A DNA stretch of 64,000 bases, taken from Thermaceae bacterium (GTDB lineage Bacteria > Deinococcota > Deinococci > Deinococcales > Marinithermaceae). The notes below the pieces were generated by a model. The model was not told where the DNA came from, made no database searches, and worked only from the letters and a program-made list of their open reading frames with translations. The first letter of the stretch is position 1; every line of letters starts with the position of its first letter. This document shows, piece after piece, positions 52,766 to 61,409 of this stretch. Where the stretch lies: contig JALSRQ010000015.1 in assembly GCA_026984675.1 (NCBI GenBank), positions 9,470 through 73,469 on the forward strand. The letters are read 5' to 3'. The translations under genes and the position numbers were made by a program.

Positions 52766-54490
52766 CTAGGCCCGGGCCACCTCGACAACCTCGAGGGCCT
52801 CGAACACGTCGCCCTCCTCGAAGCCGTCGAAGCCGGCCAGCTTGATGCCGCACTCGTAGCCGGCGGCCACCTCGCGGACGTCCTCCTTGAAGCGCTTCAA
52901 GGACTCGATCCGGCCCCGCCAAACCTCCTCGCCGCCCCGCAGCACCCGGACCTCGGCGGAGCGGACGATCTTGCCGTCGGTCACGTAGCAGCCGGCGACC
53001 CTGCCCCCCTTGGGGAGCTTGAAGACCGCCCGCACCTCGGCGTGCCCCAGCACGCGCTCCTGGTACTCGGGCTCCAGCTGCATCTCGACCAGCTTCTTAA
53101 GCTCGTCGGTAAGGTCGTAGATGACCCGGAAGGTCTTGAGGATCACCCCCTTTTGCTCGGCCTTCTTCTTCACCGAGCCGGGAGGGTTGACCCCGAAGGC
53201 GAAGATCACCGCGTTCTCGGTGGTCGAGGCCAGCAGGATGTCGCCCTCGGTGGGAGCGCCGAGGTCGGCGTGGAGCAGGTTGATCCGGACCTCGTCGGTC
53301 TGGAGCTTGGCGATGATCCCCTTGATCGCCTCCAGCGAACCCTGGGTGTCGGCCCGCAGGATCAGGTTGACCTCCTTCTGCTCGGCCGCCTGCATCTGGC
53401 GCAGGAGGTCGGCGAGGTTCCGGGCCCGGGCGGCCTGACGGGCCTTGAGCTCCTGCTCGCGCCGCTCCTCCTTGCGCTCGGCGGCGATCTCCTTGGCGGC
53501 GGCCTCGTCGGGCACCCACTCGACCTCGGTCCCGGCCGGGGGCACCTCGCGAAAACCCAGCACCTGCACCGGTTTGCCGGGCCGGGCCTCCTTGACCTGC
53601 CGGCCGGCGGAGTCGATCATCGCCCGGATCTTGCCCCAGACGTCGTCGGCCAGGAGGTAGTCCCCCACCCGGAAGGTGCCCTGCTGCACCAGCAGGGTGG
53701 CCAGCGGGCCCATCTTCTTGTCCATCCGGGACTCCAGGATCACCCCCCGGGGCTCGGCCTCGGGGTCGGCCCGGAGGTCCTCCATCTCGGCCACCAGAAG
53801 GATCATCTCCAGGAGGTCGTCGACCCCCTGGCCGGTCTTGGCGCTGATCGGCACCACGATGGCGTCGCCGCCGTAGGCCTCGGGGACGAAGCCCTCCTGC
53901 ATCAGCTGCTGCATCACCCGGTCGACGTCGGCGGTGGGGAGGTCGATCTTGTTGATCGCGAAGATCATCGGGATGCCCGCCGCCTTGGCGTGGGCGATCG
54001 CCTCCTTGGTCTGGGGCATGATCCCGTCGTCGGCGGCGACGATGATCACCGCGATGTCGGCGACCTTGGCGCCCCGCTCGCGGATGGTGGTGAAGGCCTC
54101 GTGGCCGGGGGTGTCGATGAAGACCACCGTCCCCTGGGGGGTCTCGACCTCGAAGGCGCCGATGTGCTGGGTGATCCCGCCGGCCTCCCGCTCGGCCACC
54201 CGGCTCTTCCTCAGGTAGTCGAGCAGGGTGGTCTTGCCGTGGTCGACGTGGCCCATGATCACCACCACCGGCGGCCGTTTGGGAAGGGCCTTGCGGCGCT
54301 CCTCCTCGGCCCGCTTCCGGGCCTCCTCGCGCTGTTCGTAGACCAGCTCGCGCACCGTCTCGGCGGTCTCCTCGTCGAGGGTGGAGGCGTGGGACTTGTA
54401 CGCCACCCCCATCTCGTCGAGGACCTCGAGGAGCTCCTTGGAGTCCATGCCGAGTTCGCGGGCGAGCTGGTAGATCCTAACCTTGGCCAT
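52766..54490 (-). CDS. infB: Translation initiation factor IF-2
   Basis: GHVDHGKTTLLD, DTPGH, NKID G-domain motifs and a C-terminal beta-barrel domain. Confidence 0.97.
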   Translation of the reverse strand: MAKVRIYQLARELGMDSKELLEVLDEMGVAYKSHASTLDEETAETVRELVYEQREEARKRAEEERRKALPKRPPVVVIMGHVDHGKTTLLDYLRKSRVAEREAGGITQHIGAFEVETPQGTVVFIDTPGHEAFTTIRERGAKVADIAVIIVAADDGIMPQTKEAIAHAKAAGIPMIFAINKIDLPTADVDRVMQQLMQEGFVPEAYGGDAIVVPISAKTGQGVDDLLEMILLVAEMEDLRADPEAEPRGVILESRMDKKMGPLATLLVQQGTFRVGDYLLADDVWGKIRAMIDSAGRQVKEARPGKPVQVLGFREVPPAGTEVEWVPDEAAAKEIAAERKEERREQELKARQAARARNLADLLRQMQAAEQKEVNLILRADTQGSLEAIKGIIAKLQTDEVRINLLHADLGAPTEGDILLASTTENAVIFAFGVNPPGSVKKKAEQKGVILKTFRVIYDLTDELKKLVEMQLEPEYQERVLGHAEVRAVFKLPKGGRVAGCYVTDGKIVRSAEVRVLRGGEEVWRGRIESLKRFKEDVREVAAGYECGIKLAGFDGFEEGDVFEALEVVEVARA

Positions 54491-54743
54491 GCGCCCCTCC
54501 TAAGCGTTCCTTGAGCAGCCGGGCAAGCTCCCCGGCGCGGGCCCCGGCGAACCGCCGGAGCTTCTTCTCCTCCCAGCACGCGGGGTCGTCGGGACAGACG
54601 TAGGCCCCGCGGCCGGGCTGCTTGCCGCTAAAGTCCAGGATAAAGCCCTCGGGGGTGCGAAGGATCCGCAGGAGCTCGTGCTTGGGCCGCCGCCGCCGGC
54701 AGACCACGCACATCCGGATCGGTACGTGCTTCCCCCGGGCCAC
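54477..54743 (-). CDS. ylxR: YlxR/DUF448 family RNA-binding protein
   Basis: RMCVVCRRRRPKHELLRI signature. Conserved position between nusA and infB. Confidence 0.85.
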   Translation of the reverse strand: MARGKHVPIRMCVVCRRRRPKHELLRILRTPEGFILDFSGKQPGRGAYVCPDDPACWEEKKLRRFAGARAGELARLLKERLGGAHGQG

Positions 54744-54746
54744 CGG

Positions 54747-55928
54747 CTACTCCTCGGGCTTCTCCTCGCCGCCGGCGAAAAGGCTCTCGAACTTGGCCTT
54801 GGCCTCCTCGCTGACCCTGACCCCCTCCTCGGCGCTGGCCGCCCGCAGGAGGGCCTCGTCGAGGTCGCCGACCTCCTCGGCCTCGACGAAGTCGATCTCG
54901 TAGCCGGTGAGCTTGGAGGCCAGCCGGACGTTCTGCCCCCCCCGACCGATCGCCACCGAGTGCTGGTCCTTGCTGACCCAGACCCGGGCCCGCTTGGCGT
55001 CGGGGTCGAGCTCGATCCGCCCCACCGTGGCCGGCGAGAGGGCGTTCTTGATGAACTCGCGGGTGTCGGGGCTGTAGGGCACGATGTCGATCTTCTCCCG
55101 CCCCAGCTCGGCGCTCACCGCCTGGATCCGCTGGCCCTTGTGGCCGATGCAGGCCCCGATGGGGTCGACGTTGGGGTTGTGGCTGGTCACCGCCACCTTG
55201 CTGCGGCTCCCGGGCTCGCGGGCCACCGCCTTGATCTCCACGGTGCCCTCGGCGATCTCGGGGACCTCCTGGCGCATCAGGTACTTGAGCAGCTCGGGGT
55301 GGGCCCGGGAGACGATGAGCGAGGGACCCCGGGCGCTCTTCTTGACCTCCTTGAGGTAGACCTTGATCCGCTGGCCGGGGTGGTAGCGCTCGGTGGGGAT
55401 CTGCTCCCGGGGCGGCATCAGGGCCTCGCCGCCGCCGAGGTCGACGTAGACGTTACGGCGGTTGTCGACCCGGGCCACCTGGCCGGTGAGGATCTCCCCC
55501 TCCTTGTCCTTGTACTCCTCGTAGATGCGGTTGCGCTCGGCCTCCTTCAGCCGCTGGGTGAGGACGTTCTTGGCGGTCTGGACGGCGATCCGGGAGAACT
55601 CCTCGGGCTCGACGGGAAACTCCATCTCCTCCCCGAGCTGGACCTCGGGGTCGTACTTCCGGGCCTCCTCGAGGCCGATCTCCCGCTCGGGGTTCTCGAC
55701 CTCCTCGACCACCTTCCGGATCTCCAGCACCTCGATCACCCCGGTGCGGGGGTCGAGGTCGACCTCGACCATGGGGCCCTTGCCCTCCTCGATGTCCTTC
55801 TGCTTGTAGCCCTTCTGGCGCAGGTAGGCCTTGGCCAGGGCCTCCTCGAAGGCGGTGATCAGCTCGTCGACGCTGACCCCGCGCTCCAGGGCCACCGTCT
55901 CCAGTGCCTCAACAAACTCCTTGTTCAT
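54747..55928 (-). CDS. nusA: Transcription termination/antitermination factor NusA
   Basis: N-terminal domain, S1 and two KH domains (CIGHKGQRIQ, AIGRGGQNVRLA). Start at MNKEFVEAL. Confidence 0.95.
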   Translation of the reverse strand: MNKEFVEALETVALERGVSVDELITAFEEALAKAYLRQKGYKQKDIEEGKGPMVEVDLDPRTGVIEVLEIRKVVEEVENPEREIGLEEARKYDPEVQLGEEMEFPVEPEEFSRIAVQTAKNVLTQRLKEAERNRIYEEYKDKEGEILTGQVARVDNRRNVYVDLGGGEALMPPREQIPTERYHPGQRIKVYLKEVKKSARGPSLIVSRAHPELLKYLMRQEVPEIAEGTVEIKAVAREPGSRSKVAVTSHNPNVDPIGACIGHKGQRIQAVSAELGREKIDIVPYSPDTREFIKNALSPATVGRIELDPDAKRARVWVSKDQHSVAIGRGGQNVRLASKLTGYEIDFVEAEEVGDLDEALLRAASAEEGVRVSEEAKAKFESLFAGGEEKPEE

Positions 55929-55939
55929 GCTCGCTCTCC

Positions 55940-56389
55940 TTACCTGGGTTTTTCCGGCCACTCGGCCAGCCGGGCGGTGAACCCCCCCAAGGGCAGCTCG
56001 CGCTCCTCCCCCCCGGCCAGCCGGAAGGTGACGCTTCGCTCCCCCACCCGGACGATCCGACCGGTGAAGCGTCCCGACGCCCCGGTCACCCGGGCCTTGA
56101 GCCCCAGGAAGCGCTCGAAGTGGCGCCGGGTGAAGAGCGGGCGGTCGGGACCGGGGGACTCGACCACCAACCGGTAGGAACCGGGGATGGGGTCCAGCCG
56201 GTCGAGCTCCAGCGAGAGGACCCGGCTGGCCTGCTCCAGCTCGCCGACCGTCACCGGGTGCTCGTCGGCGGTGTCCAGCCGGACCCGGAGGACCCGGTCC
56301 TTGCCGCGGCCGGCCAGCCGGACCTCGAGGACCTCGAACCCCAAGGGCTCGAGCACCTCCTTGGTGAGGGTTTCCAGATCCACGCCCAT
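55940..56389 (-). CDS. rimP: Ribosome maturation factor RimP
   Basis: LGFEVLEV...LRVRLD pattern and SPGPDRPL motif. Start at MGVDLETL. Confidence 0.85.
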   Translation of the reverse strand: MGVDLETLTKEVLEPLGFEVLEVRLAGRGKDRVLRVRLDTADEHPVTVGELEQASRVLSLELDRLDPIPGSYRLVVESPGPDRPLFTRRHFERFLGLKARVTGASGRFTGRIVRVGERSVTFRLAGGEERELPLGGFTARLAEWPEKPR

Positions 56390-56402
56390 GGCTCTTTCAC
56401 CC

Positions 56403-56430
56403 AAAAGGGGGTGGGCGCCGACCCACCCCC
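56403..56430 (-). terminator. Terminator-like hairpin plus UUUU inside the rimP-nusA-infB leader
   Basis: Minus strand reads GGGGGUGGG-UCGGCG-CCCACCCCC-UUUU. It ends 13 nt before the rimP ATG and lies downstream of the predicted promoter. Confidence 0.55.
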
Positions 56431-56450
56431 TCTCGGGAGCTAGCGTATAG

Positions 56451-56479
56451 AGTATAGCACAACCGCCCGGACCCGACAA
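56451..56479 (-). promoter_or_regulatory. Promoter TTGTCG-17-(TGc)TATACT for the rimP operon
   Basis: Minus strand: -10 at 56451-56456 with a TG extension, -35 at 56474-56479. Confidence 0.55.
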
Positions 56480-56542
56480 GCGGCTATAAAGCTACTTTAT
56501 TCACCCATTAGCAAGTAAATGCAGGCGCCCGCCGTTCTCGGC

Positions 56543-56571
56543 TTGACAGTCCGATACCCAAAAGGTATCGT
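56543..56571 (+). promoter_or_regulatory. Promoter TTGACA-17-TATCGT with embedded palindrome CGATACC-N5-GGTATCG
   Basis: -35 at 56543-56548 and -10 at 56566-56571. Inverted repeat 56552-56558 / 56564-56570. Confidence 0.55.
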
Positions 56572-56608
56572 AAATCCTGGAACAAAGGCTTTGTGGGAGG
56601 TGAAGCGT

Positions 56609-57601
56609 ATGAAGAAAGGCAAACTGTTTCTAGCGGCGGTCCTGGCCCTGGCCCTGGCCGGCACGGGCCTGGCGGCCAAGGTGTTCATCACCATCGGGTC
56701 GGGCTCGGTGACCGGGGTCTACTACCCGGTCTCCAGCGGGATCGCCAAGATGATCAACGAATACCTGGGCAAGGAGGGGATCCGCGCCAACGCCCGCTCC
56801 ACCGGGGGTTCGAAGTTCAACGTCAAGGCGATCGATAAGAACCAGCTGCAGGCCGCCCTGGCCCAGAACGACGTGATCTACTACGCCTATAACGGCCTCA
56901 CCGAAACCTTCAAGGGCCACCCGATCAAGACCATCCGCGGCGTGGCCGCCCTCTACCCCGAGTTCATGCACATCCTGGCCCGCCCCGGCTCGGGGATTAA
57001 GACCCTCTACGACCTCAAGGGCAAGAAGGTCTACGTCGGCGACATCGGCTCCGGCGTGGAGGCCACCACCAAGCAGATCTTCAAGGCCGCCGGCATGACC
57101 TTCGACGACCTGGCCCAGGCCGTCCACGGCAAGGCCGGCCAGGCGGTGCAGCTCTTGCAGGACGGCAAGATCGACGCCCTGTTCTACACCGTCGGCGCCA
57201 AGTCGGCGGCGATGCAGGAGGCCACCGAGATCGCCCACGCCTACTTCGTGCCGCTTCCCCTCGACATCATCCAGAAGCTGATCGACGAGTTCCCCTACTA
57301 CACCCAGGTCATCATTCCGCCCAACACCTACAAGGGCCAGACCGTCAGCGTGCCCACCATCGGCGTGAAGGCCACCTTCATCGTCCGCAAGGACCTCCCC
57401 GAGGACGTGGTCTACAAGATCGCCAAGCTCCTCTTCGTCGACAAGGTCGACGAGTTCAAGAAGATCCACCCCGCCCTGGGAACCTTCTTCGACGTCAAGA
57501 AGGCCCTCGACGGGATGACCATCCCGATCCACCCCGGCGCCGCCAAGCTCTACAAGGAGCTCGGGATCCCCATCCCCGACCTCGCCAAGCCGATGCCCTA
57601 A
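56609..57601 (+). CDS. TAXI-family TRAP transporter solute receptor
   Basis: Signal peptide, then GSGSVTGVYYPVSSGIAKM, typical of the TAXI/TRAP immunogenic-protein family. Confidence 0.88.
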   Translation: MKKGKLFLAAVLALALAGTGLAAKVFITIGSGSVTGVYYPVSSGIAKMINEYLGKEGIRANARSTGGSKFNVKAIDKNQLQAALAQNDVIYYAYNGLTETFKGHPIKTIRGVAALYPEFMHILARPGSGIKTLYDLKGKKVYVGDIGSGVEATTKQIFKAAGMTFDDLAQAVHGKAGQAVQLLQDGKIDALFYTVGAKSAAMQEATEIAHAYFVPLPLDIIQKLIDEFPYYTQVIIPPNTYKGQTVSVPTIGVKATFIVRKDLPEDVVYKIAKLLFVDKVDEFKKIHPALGTFFDVKKALDGMTIPIHPGAAKLYKELGIPIPDLAKPMP

Positions 57602-57617
57602 ACGGCGACCGAGCCGC

Positions 57618-57646
57618 GAAACCCCCGGCCCCGCGCCGGGGGTTTC
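57618..57646 (+). promoter_or_regulatory. 12-bp intercistronic hairpin after the TAXI receptor gene
   Basis: gaaacccccggc-cccgc-gccgggggtttc, followed by gttataaacttt. Possible partial terminator or mRNA stabiliser. Confidence 0.5.
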
Positions 57647-57676
57647 GTTATAAACTTTCAGGGAAAGGAGGAAACC

Positions 57677-60115
57677 GTGGCCCAAGAACCCAACCCCGAC
57701 GCGCGGATCCCCGAGATCGACGCCGAACAGCTGATGGTGGAGAGCGAGTACGGCGGCCGCAACCCCGCCGATTGGCAGAAGCGGCTGATCTTCGGGGTGG
57801 CGGTGGCCTGGTCGATCTTCCAGCTCTACGCCTCCTGGCTCGGCAAGATCGACGCCATGGTGCTTCGCTCGGTGCACCTGGCCTTCGCCTTCGCGATCGC
57901 CTTCCTGGCCTACCCCTCGAAGAACGCCCGGCGCGACCTCTGGCTCTTCCTCCTCGGCCTGGGCTACGCGCTCTACTTCCTGATCGGCCAGCGGGTCAAC
58001 CTCGGGGGCTTTCAGGTCGGCGAGTACACGGTGAGCTACAACCTCCTGGTCATCCTGCTGCTGGTTGGGGTCGCGGGCCTGTGGCTCACCCGGAAGACCC
58101 CGCCCAAGGGACCGGTCGAGCGGATCCCCTGGTACGACTGGGCGATCCTGGTGGCGGGGCTGGCGGGAACCCTGGCGATCCCGATCTTCCTGCAGCAGAT
58201 CATCGTGATCCAGGGCGGCGTGCCCACCACCCGCGACATCGTCCTGGGCACGATCACCCTCTTCGTGCTCACCATCGCCGGGCTGCGGGTGGTGGGGCCG
58301 GCCCTGATGGTCATCGCCTGGTTGATGATCGTCTACGCCATGACCGGCCCCGCCGGGATCATCAAGATCGAGCTGCCCGACGTCCTCTACCTCCACAACG
58401 GGGCGACCTGGGACAACATCACCCAGCAGCTCTACCTCACCGACCAGGGGTTCTGGGGGGTGCCTTTGGGGGTGTCGGCGACCTTCGTCTACCTCTTCGT
58501 GCTCTTCGGCGCCCTCCTGGATAAGGCCGGGGCCGGCAAGTACCTGGTCGACCTGGCCTACGCCGGGCTGGGCTCGTTCCGGGGCGGGCCCGCCAAGGCG
58601 GCGGTGATCGCCAGCATGCTCACCGGCATCATCTCCGGCTCCTCGATCGCCAACGTGGTGACCACCGGCACCTTCACCATCCCGCTGATGAAGAAGGTCG
58701 GCTACCCGCCGGAGAAGGCCGGGGCCACCGAGGTCGCCTCCTCGGTGAACGGCCAGCTGATGCCGCCGGTGATGGGGGCGGCCGCCTTCATCATGGCCGA
58801 CTTCCTGCAGATCCCCTACTCCCGGCTCATCATCTACGCCTTCATCCCCGCCGTGCTCACCTACTTCGGGCTCTTTTTGGTGGTCCACCTCGAGGCCCTG
58901 AAGCTCGGCCTCAAGGGGCTTCCGAGGAACGAGCTGCCGCCCTTTAAGGAGACCCTGATCTCCGGCCTCCACTTCCTGATGCCGATCGTCTGGCTGCTCT
59001 ACGAGCTGGTGGGGCTGCAGCACACCCCCTCGCGCTCGGCGCTGAACGCGATGTTCCTCCTGATGACCCTGATGTTCTTCCAGTTCGCGATCAAGAGCAA
59101 GTCGGGCCTCCTCTTGGTCTCGACGATCACCTTTTTCCTGACCGCCGCGCTCAACCTCTTCGGGGTCCCCGGGCTGCAGGGCAAGAGCCTCGAGCTCACC
59201 AAGGGGGTGTTCATCGACTTCACCCACCTCGACGTGATGTACACCTCGCTCCTCGTGCTGATCGTGGGGATCGTCCTGGTGGGGATCTTCGCCAAGCGGC
59301 TGGGGACGAGCCTGGGGCAAAGCTTGAAGGCGTTCCTGGTCGACGTCCTGGAGGGCCTCGAGGCCGCCGGCCGCAACATGAGCACGATCGCGGTGGCCAC
59401 CGCTGCCGCCGGGATCATCGTCGGCATGGTGGCGATCACCAACGTCGGCTACGGCCTCACCCAGATCGTCGAGGCGATCTCCGGCGGGCAGCTCCTGGTG
59501 GCCTTGTTCATCACCATGCTGGCCTCGCTGCTCCTCGGCCTCGGCCTGCCCACCACCGCCAACTACATCGTCATGGCCTCCCTGGTGGCCCCGGTGCTCC
59601 GGACCATCGCCGAGCACCACGGGCTGGCGGTGCCGCTGGTGGCCATCCACCTCTTCGTCTTCTACTTCGGGATCCTGGCCGACGACACCCCGCCGGTGGG
59701 CCTGGCCGCCTACGCCGCCGCCGCCATCGCCAGGAGCGACCCGGTGAAAACCGGCTTCCAGGGGTTCGCCTACGACATGCGGACCGCCCTCTTGCCCTAC
59801 GTCTTCATCTTCTACCCCCAGCTCCTCCTCCTCAACCTCCACAGCGCCTGGGAGGGACTCTTCGTGGTCCTTACCGGCTTCCTGGGGATGGCCGCCTTCG
59901 TGATCGGCAACCAGGGCTACTTCCTCACCCGCATGACCGGGGTCCTCGGCTGGATCGCCCGGATCGCCCTGATGGTCGGAGGCTACCTCCTCCTGACCTC
60001 CAGCCTGGTCAACAACGCGATCGGGCTCGCGATCTTCGTGCTGGTCTGGCTCTGGCAGATGTGGGAGCGGGGCCGGCTCCAGCCGGCGGTGGCCGCCGCC
60101 CAGGAAGCGGCCTAG
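57677..60115 (+). CDS. TRAP transporter fused 4TM/12TM permease (TAXI-associated)
   Basis: 812 aa with more than 18 TM segments. GTG start with SD aaaggagg. Immediately downstream of the TAXI receptor gene. Confidence 0.9.
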   Translation: MAQEPNPDARIPEIDAEQLMVESEYGGRNPADWQKRLIFGVAVAWSIFQLYASWLGKIDAMVLRSVHLAFAFAIAFLAYPSKNARRDLWLFLLGLGYALYFLIGQRVNLGGFQVGEYTVSYNLLVILLLVGVAGLWLTRKTPPKGPVERIPWYDWAILVAGLAGTLAIPIFLQQIIVIQGGVPTTRDIVLGTITLFVLTIAGLRVVGPALMVIAWLMIVYAMTGPAGIIKIELPDVLYLHNGATWDNITQQLYLTDQGFWGVPLGVSATFVYLFVLFGALLDKAGAGKYLVDLAYAGLGSFRGGPAKAAVIASMLTGIISGSSIANVVTTGTFTIPLMKKVGYPPEKAGATEVASSVNGQLMPPVMGAAAFIMADFLQIPYSRLIIYAFIPAVLTYFGLFLVVHLEALKLGLKGLPRNELPPFKETLISGLHFLMPIVWLLYELVGLQHTPSRSALNAMFLLMTLMFFQFAIKSKSGLLLVSTITFFLTAALNLFGVPGLQGKSLELTKGVFIDFTHLDVMYTSLLVLIVGIVLVGIFAKRLGTSLGQSLKAFLVDVLEGLEAAGRNMSTIAVATAAAGIIVGMVAITNVGYGLTQIVEAISGGQLLVALFITMLASLLLGLGLPTTANYIVMASLVAPVLRTIAEHHGLAVPLVAIHLFVFYFGILADDTPPVGLAAYAAAAIARSDPVKTGFQGFAYDMRTALLPYVFIFYPQLLLLNLHSAWEGLFVVLTGFLGMAAFVIGNQGYFLTRMTGVLGWIARIALMVGGYLLLTSSLVNNAIGLAIFVLVWLWQMWERGRLQPAVAAAQEAA

Positions 60116-60133
60116 AAGCCCCGGGCCACGGGA

Positions 60134-60159
60134 GGGGCGGCCGTCCGGCCGCCCCCTTT
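60134..60159. terminator. Hairpin between convergent genes (ggggcggcc-gtcc-ggccgcccc) plus ttt
   Basis: Perfect 9-bp stem between permease stop 60115 and dehydrogenase stop 60158. Confidence 0.5.
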
Positions 60160-61330
60160 ACGTGAGGGCGGGGACCAGCCGACCGGCCGGCACCGGCTCC
60201 GGGTTTGGCGAGAAGACCGCCTTGACCACCCGGCGCCGCACCGCCGCCCGCAGCGCCTGGGGCCAGGCGGAAAGGGGGTAGACCCCACCCACCATCCGCT
60301 CCAGGCCCTCAAGCTCGGGGAGCAACGCCACCGCGTCGGCGAAGTCGTCGGCGGCGTAGGTGTAGCTCCCCACCCAGGTGAGCTCGGAGAACCAGTGGGG
60401 CGAGAAGTCGTGGCGGGTCTCGGCGGCGGCCCCGAGCAGGAGCACGGTGCCGCCCTCGGCCGCCCCCCAGGCGGCCTGGTCGAGGCTTGTGGGGGTGCCG
60501 GCGGCCTCCACCACCGCCGGGTAGCCGCCCCGCCATACCGGCGCCCCCAGGATCGGCCGGTAGCGCCGGGCCCCCACCGCGGCCAGGGCCTCGGCGGCGC
60601 TGGGGTAGACCCCGCTGGCCCCGAAGGCCCCGGCGAGCTCGGACTGGATGCGGCGGCGGGCCACCACGTCGAGGCGACCGCCAAACCCCAGCGCCCGGAG
60701 CAGCCGCACCGTCAACAGGCCGATCGTCCCCGCTCCGATCACCAGGATGGCGGGCGGGAAGGCGTAGCCGGCGCCGCCGGCGAAGGCCCGCCGCAGCCCC
60801 CTCAGCACCACCGCCAGGGGCTCGGCGAGCACCGCCCGGGCGTCGGGAACGCCGGCGGGAATCTCGACCAGCCGCTGGAGCCGGGCCAAGACGTACTCCG
60901 ACCACCCCCCGGGGAGCTCCCTGTGGTAGCCGATCATCCCGGGGGCGAGCCCGCCCTCGGCGACGTTTTGGCAAAGCCCCTCCTCCCCCCTCTGGCAGGC
61001 GGGGCAGGGCGCCAACCCCCGCTCGGCGCAGGCCAGCAGCGGGTTCACCGCCACCCGGGTCCCGGCGTACTCCCCCAAAATCTCGTGACCGAGCACCGCG
61101 GGAAAGGAGAAAAACGGCGAGAGCCTGGGGGAGTTCTTGCCGTAGAGAAGGGCGAGGTCGGAGCCGCAGATGCCCGCGAGCCTTACCCGCACCCGCACGA
61201 AGCCCGACGGGGGCTCGGGTTCGGGAACCTCGGCCAACCGCAGGGGCAGCGCCCCCACCGGGTAGCGCTTCCCCATCGCCCGCGCCAGCAGGTAGCGGGG
61301 GATGGAGGGGAAGTAGACGAGGGCCTTCAT
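60158..61330 (-). CDS. Zinc-binding medium-chain dehydrogenase/reductase (alcohol/threonine dehydrogenase-like)
   Basis: GICGSD, GHE, structural-Zn Cys cluster (CAERGLAPCPACQRGEEGLC), NAD fold VIGAGTIG. Confidence 0.85.
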   Translation of the reverse strand: MKALVYFPSIPRYLLARAMGKRYPVGALPLRLAEVPEPEPPSGFVRVRVRLAGICGSDLALLYGKNSPRLSPFFSFPAVLGHEILGEYAGTRVAVNPLLACAERGLAPCPACQRGEEGLCQNVAEGGLAPGMIGYHRELPGGWSEYVLARLQRLVEIPAGVPDARAVLAEPLAVVLRGLRRAFAGGAGYAFPPAILVIGAGTIGLLTVRLLRALGFGGRLDVVARRRIQSELAGAFGASGVYPSAAEALAAVGARRYRPILGAPVWRGGYPAVVEAAGTPTSLDQAAWGAAEGGTVLLLGAAAETRHDFSPHWFSELTWVGSYTYAADDFADAVALLPELEGLERMVGGVYPLSAWPQALRAAVRRRVVKAVFSPNPEPVPAGRLVPALT

Positions 61331-61341
61331 AACAACGCCTG

Positions 61342-61402
61342 TGGCTTGGGGCCCATAGCCGGTAGCTTTTACCCCACAAGCCAGGCGCTACAGGCTACCG
61401 GC
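61342..61402 (-). ncRNA. Structured intergenic element with interleaved complementary segments (pseudoknot topology)
   Basis: A 61342-51 pairs with A' 61372-83 (10 bp, 2-nt bulge). B 61358-66 pairs with B' 61394-402 (9 bp, perfect). Order is A-B-A'-B'. Confidence 0.35.
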
Positions 61403-61409
61403 CTCCCCT

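Noticed and set aside
49725-54514. 880-aa ORF 49725..52367 (minus) and 857-aa ORF 51941..54514 (plus)
   Set aside because: Only the last 111 codons of the first ORF look real (the small membrane protein); the rest is an out-of-frame shadow of secDF. The second ORF is antisense to secDF and infB.
56630-59842. 1070-aa ORF on the minus strand, the longest ORF in the track
   Set aside because: It lies fully antisense to the TAXI receptor and TRAP permease genes. Its translation is a low-complexity Gly/Asp/Glu/His/Arg/Pro mix with no motifs. It is a typical shadow ORF of a high-GC genome, where stop codons are rare on the opposite strand.
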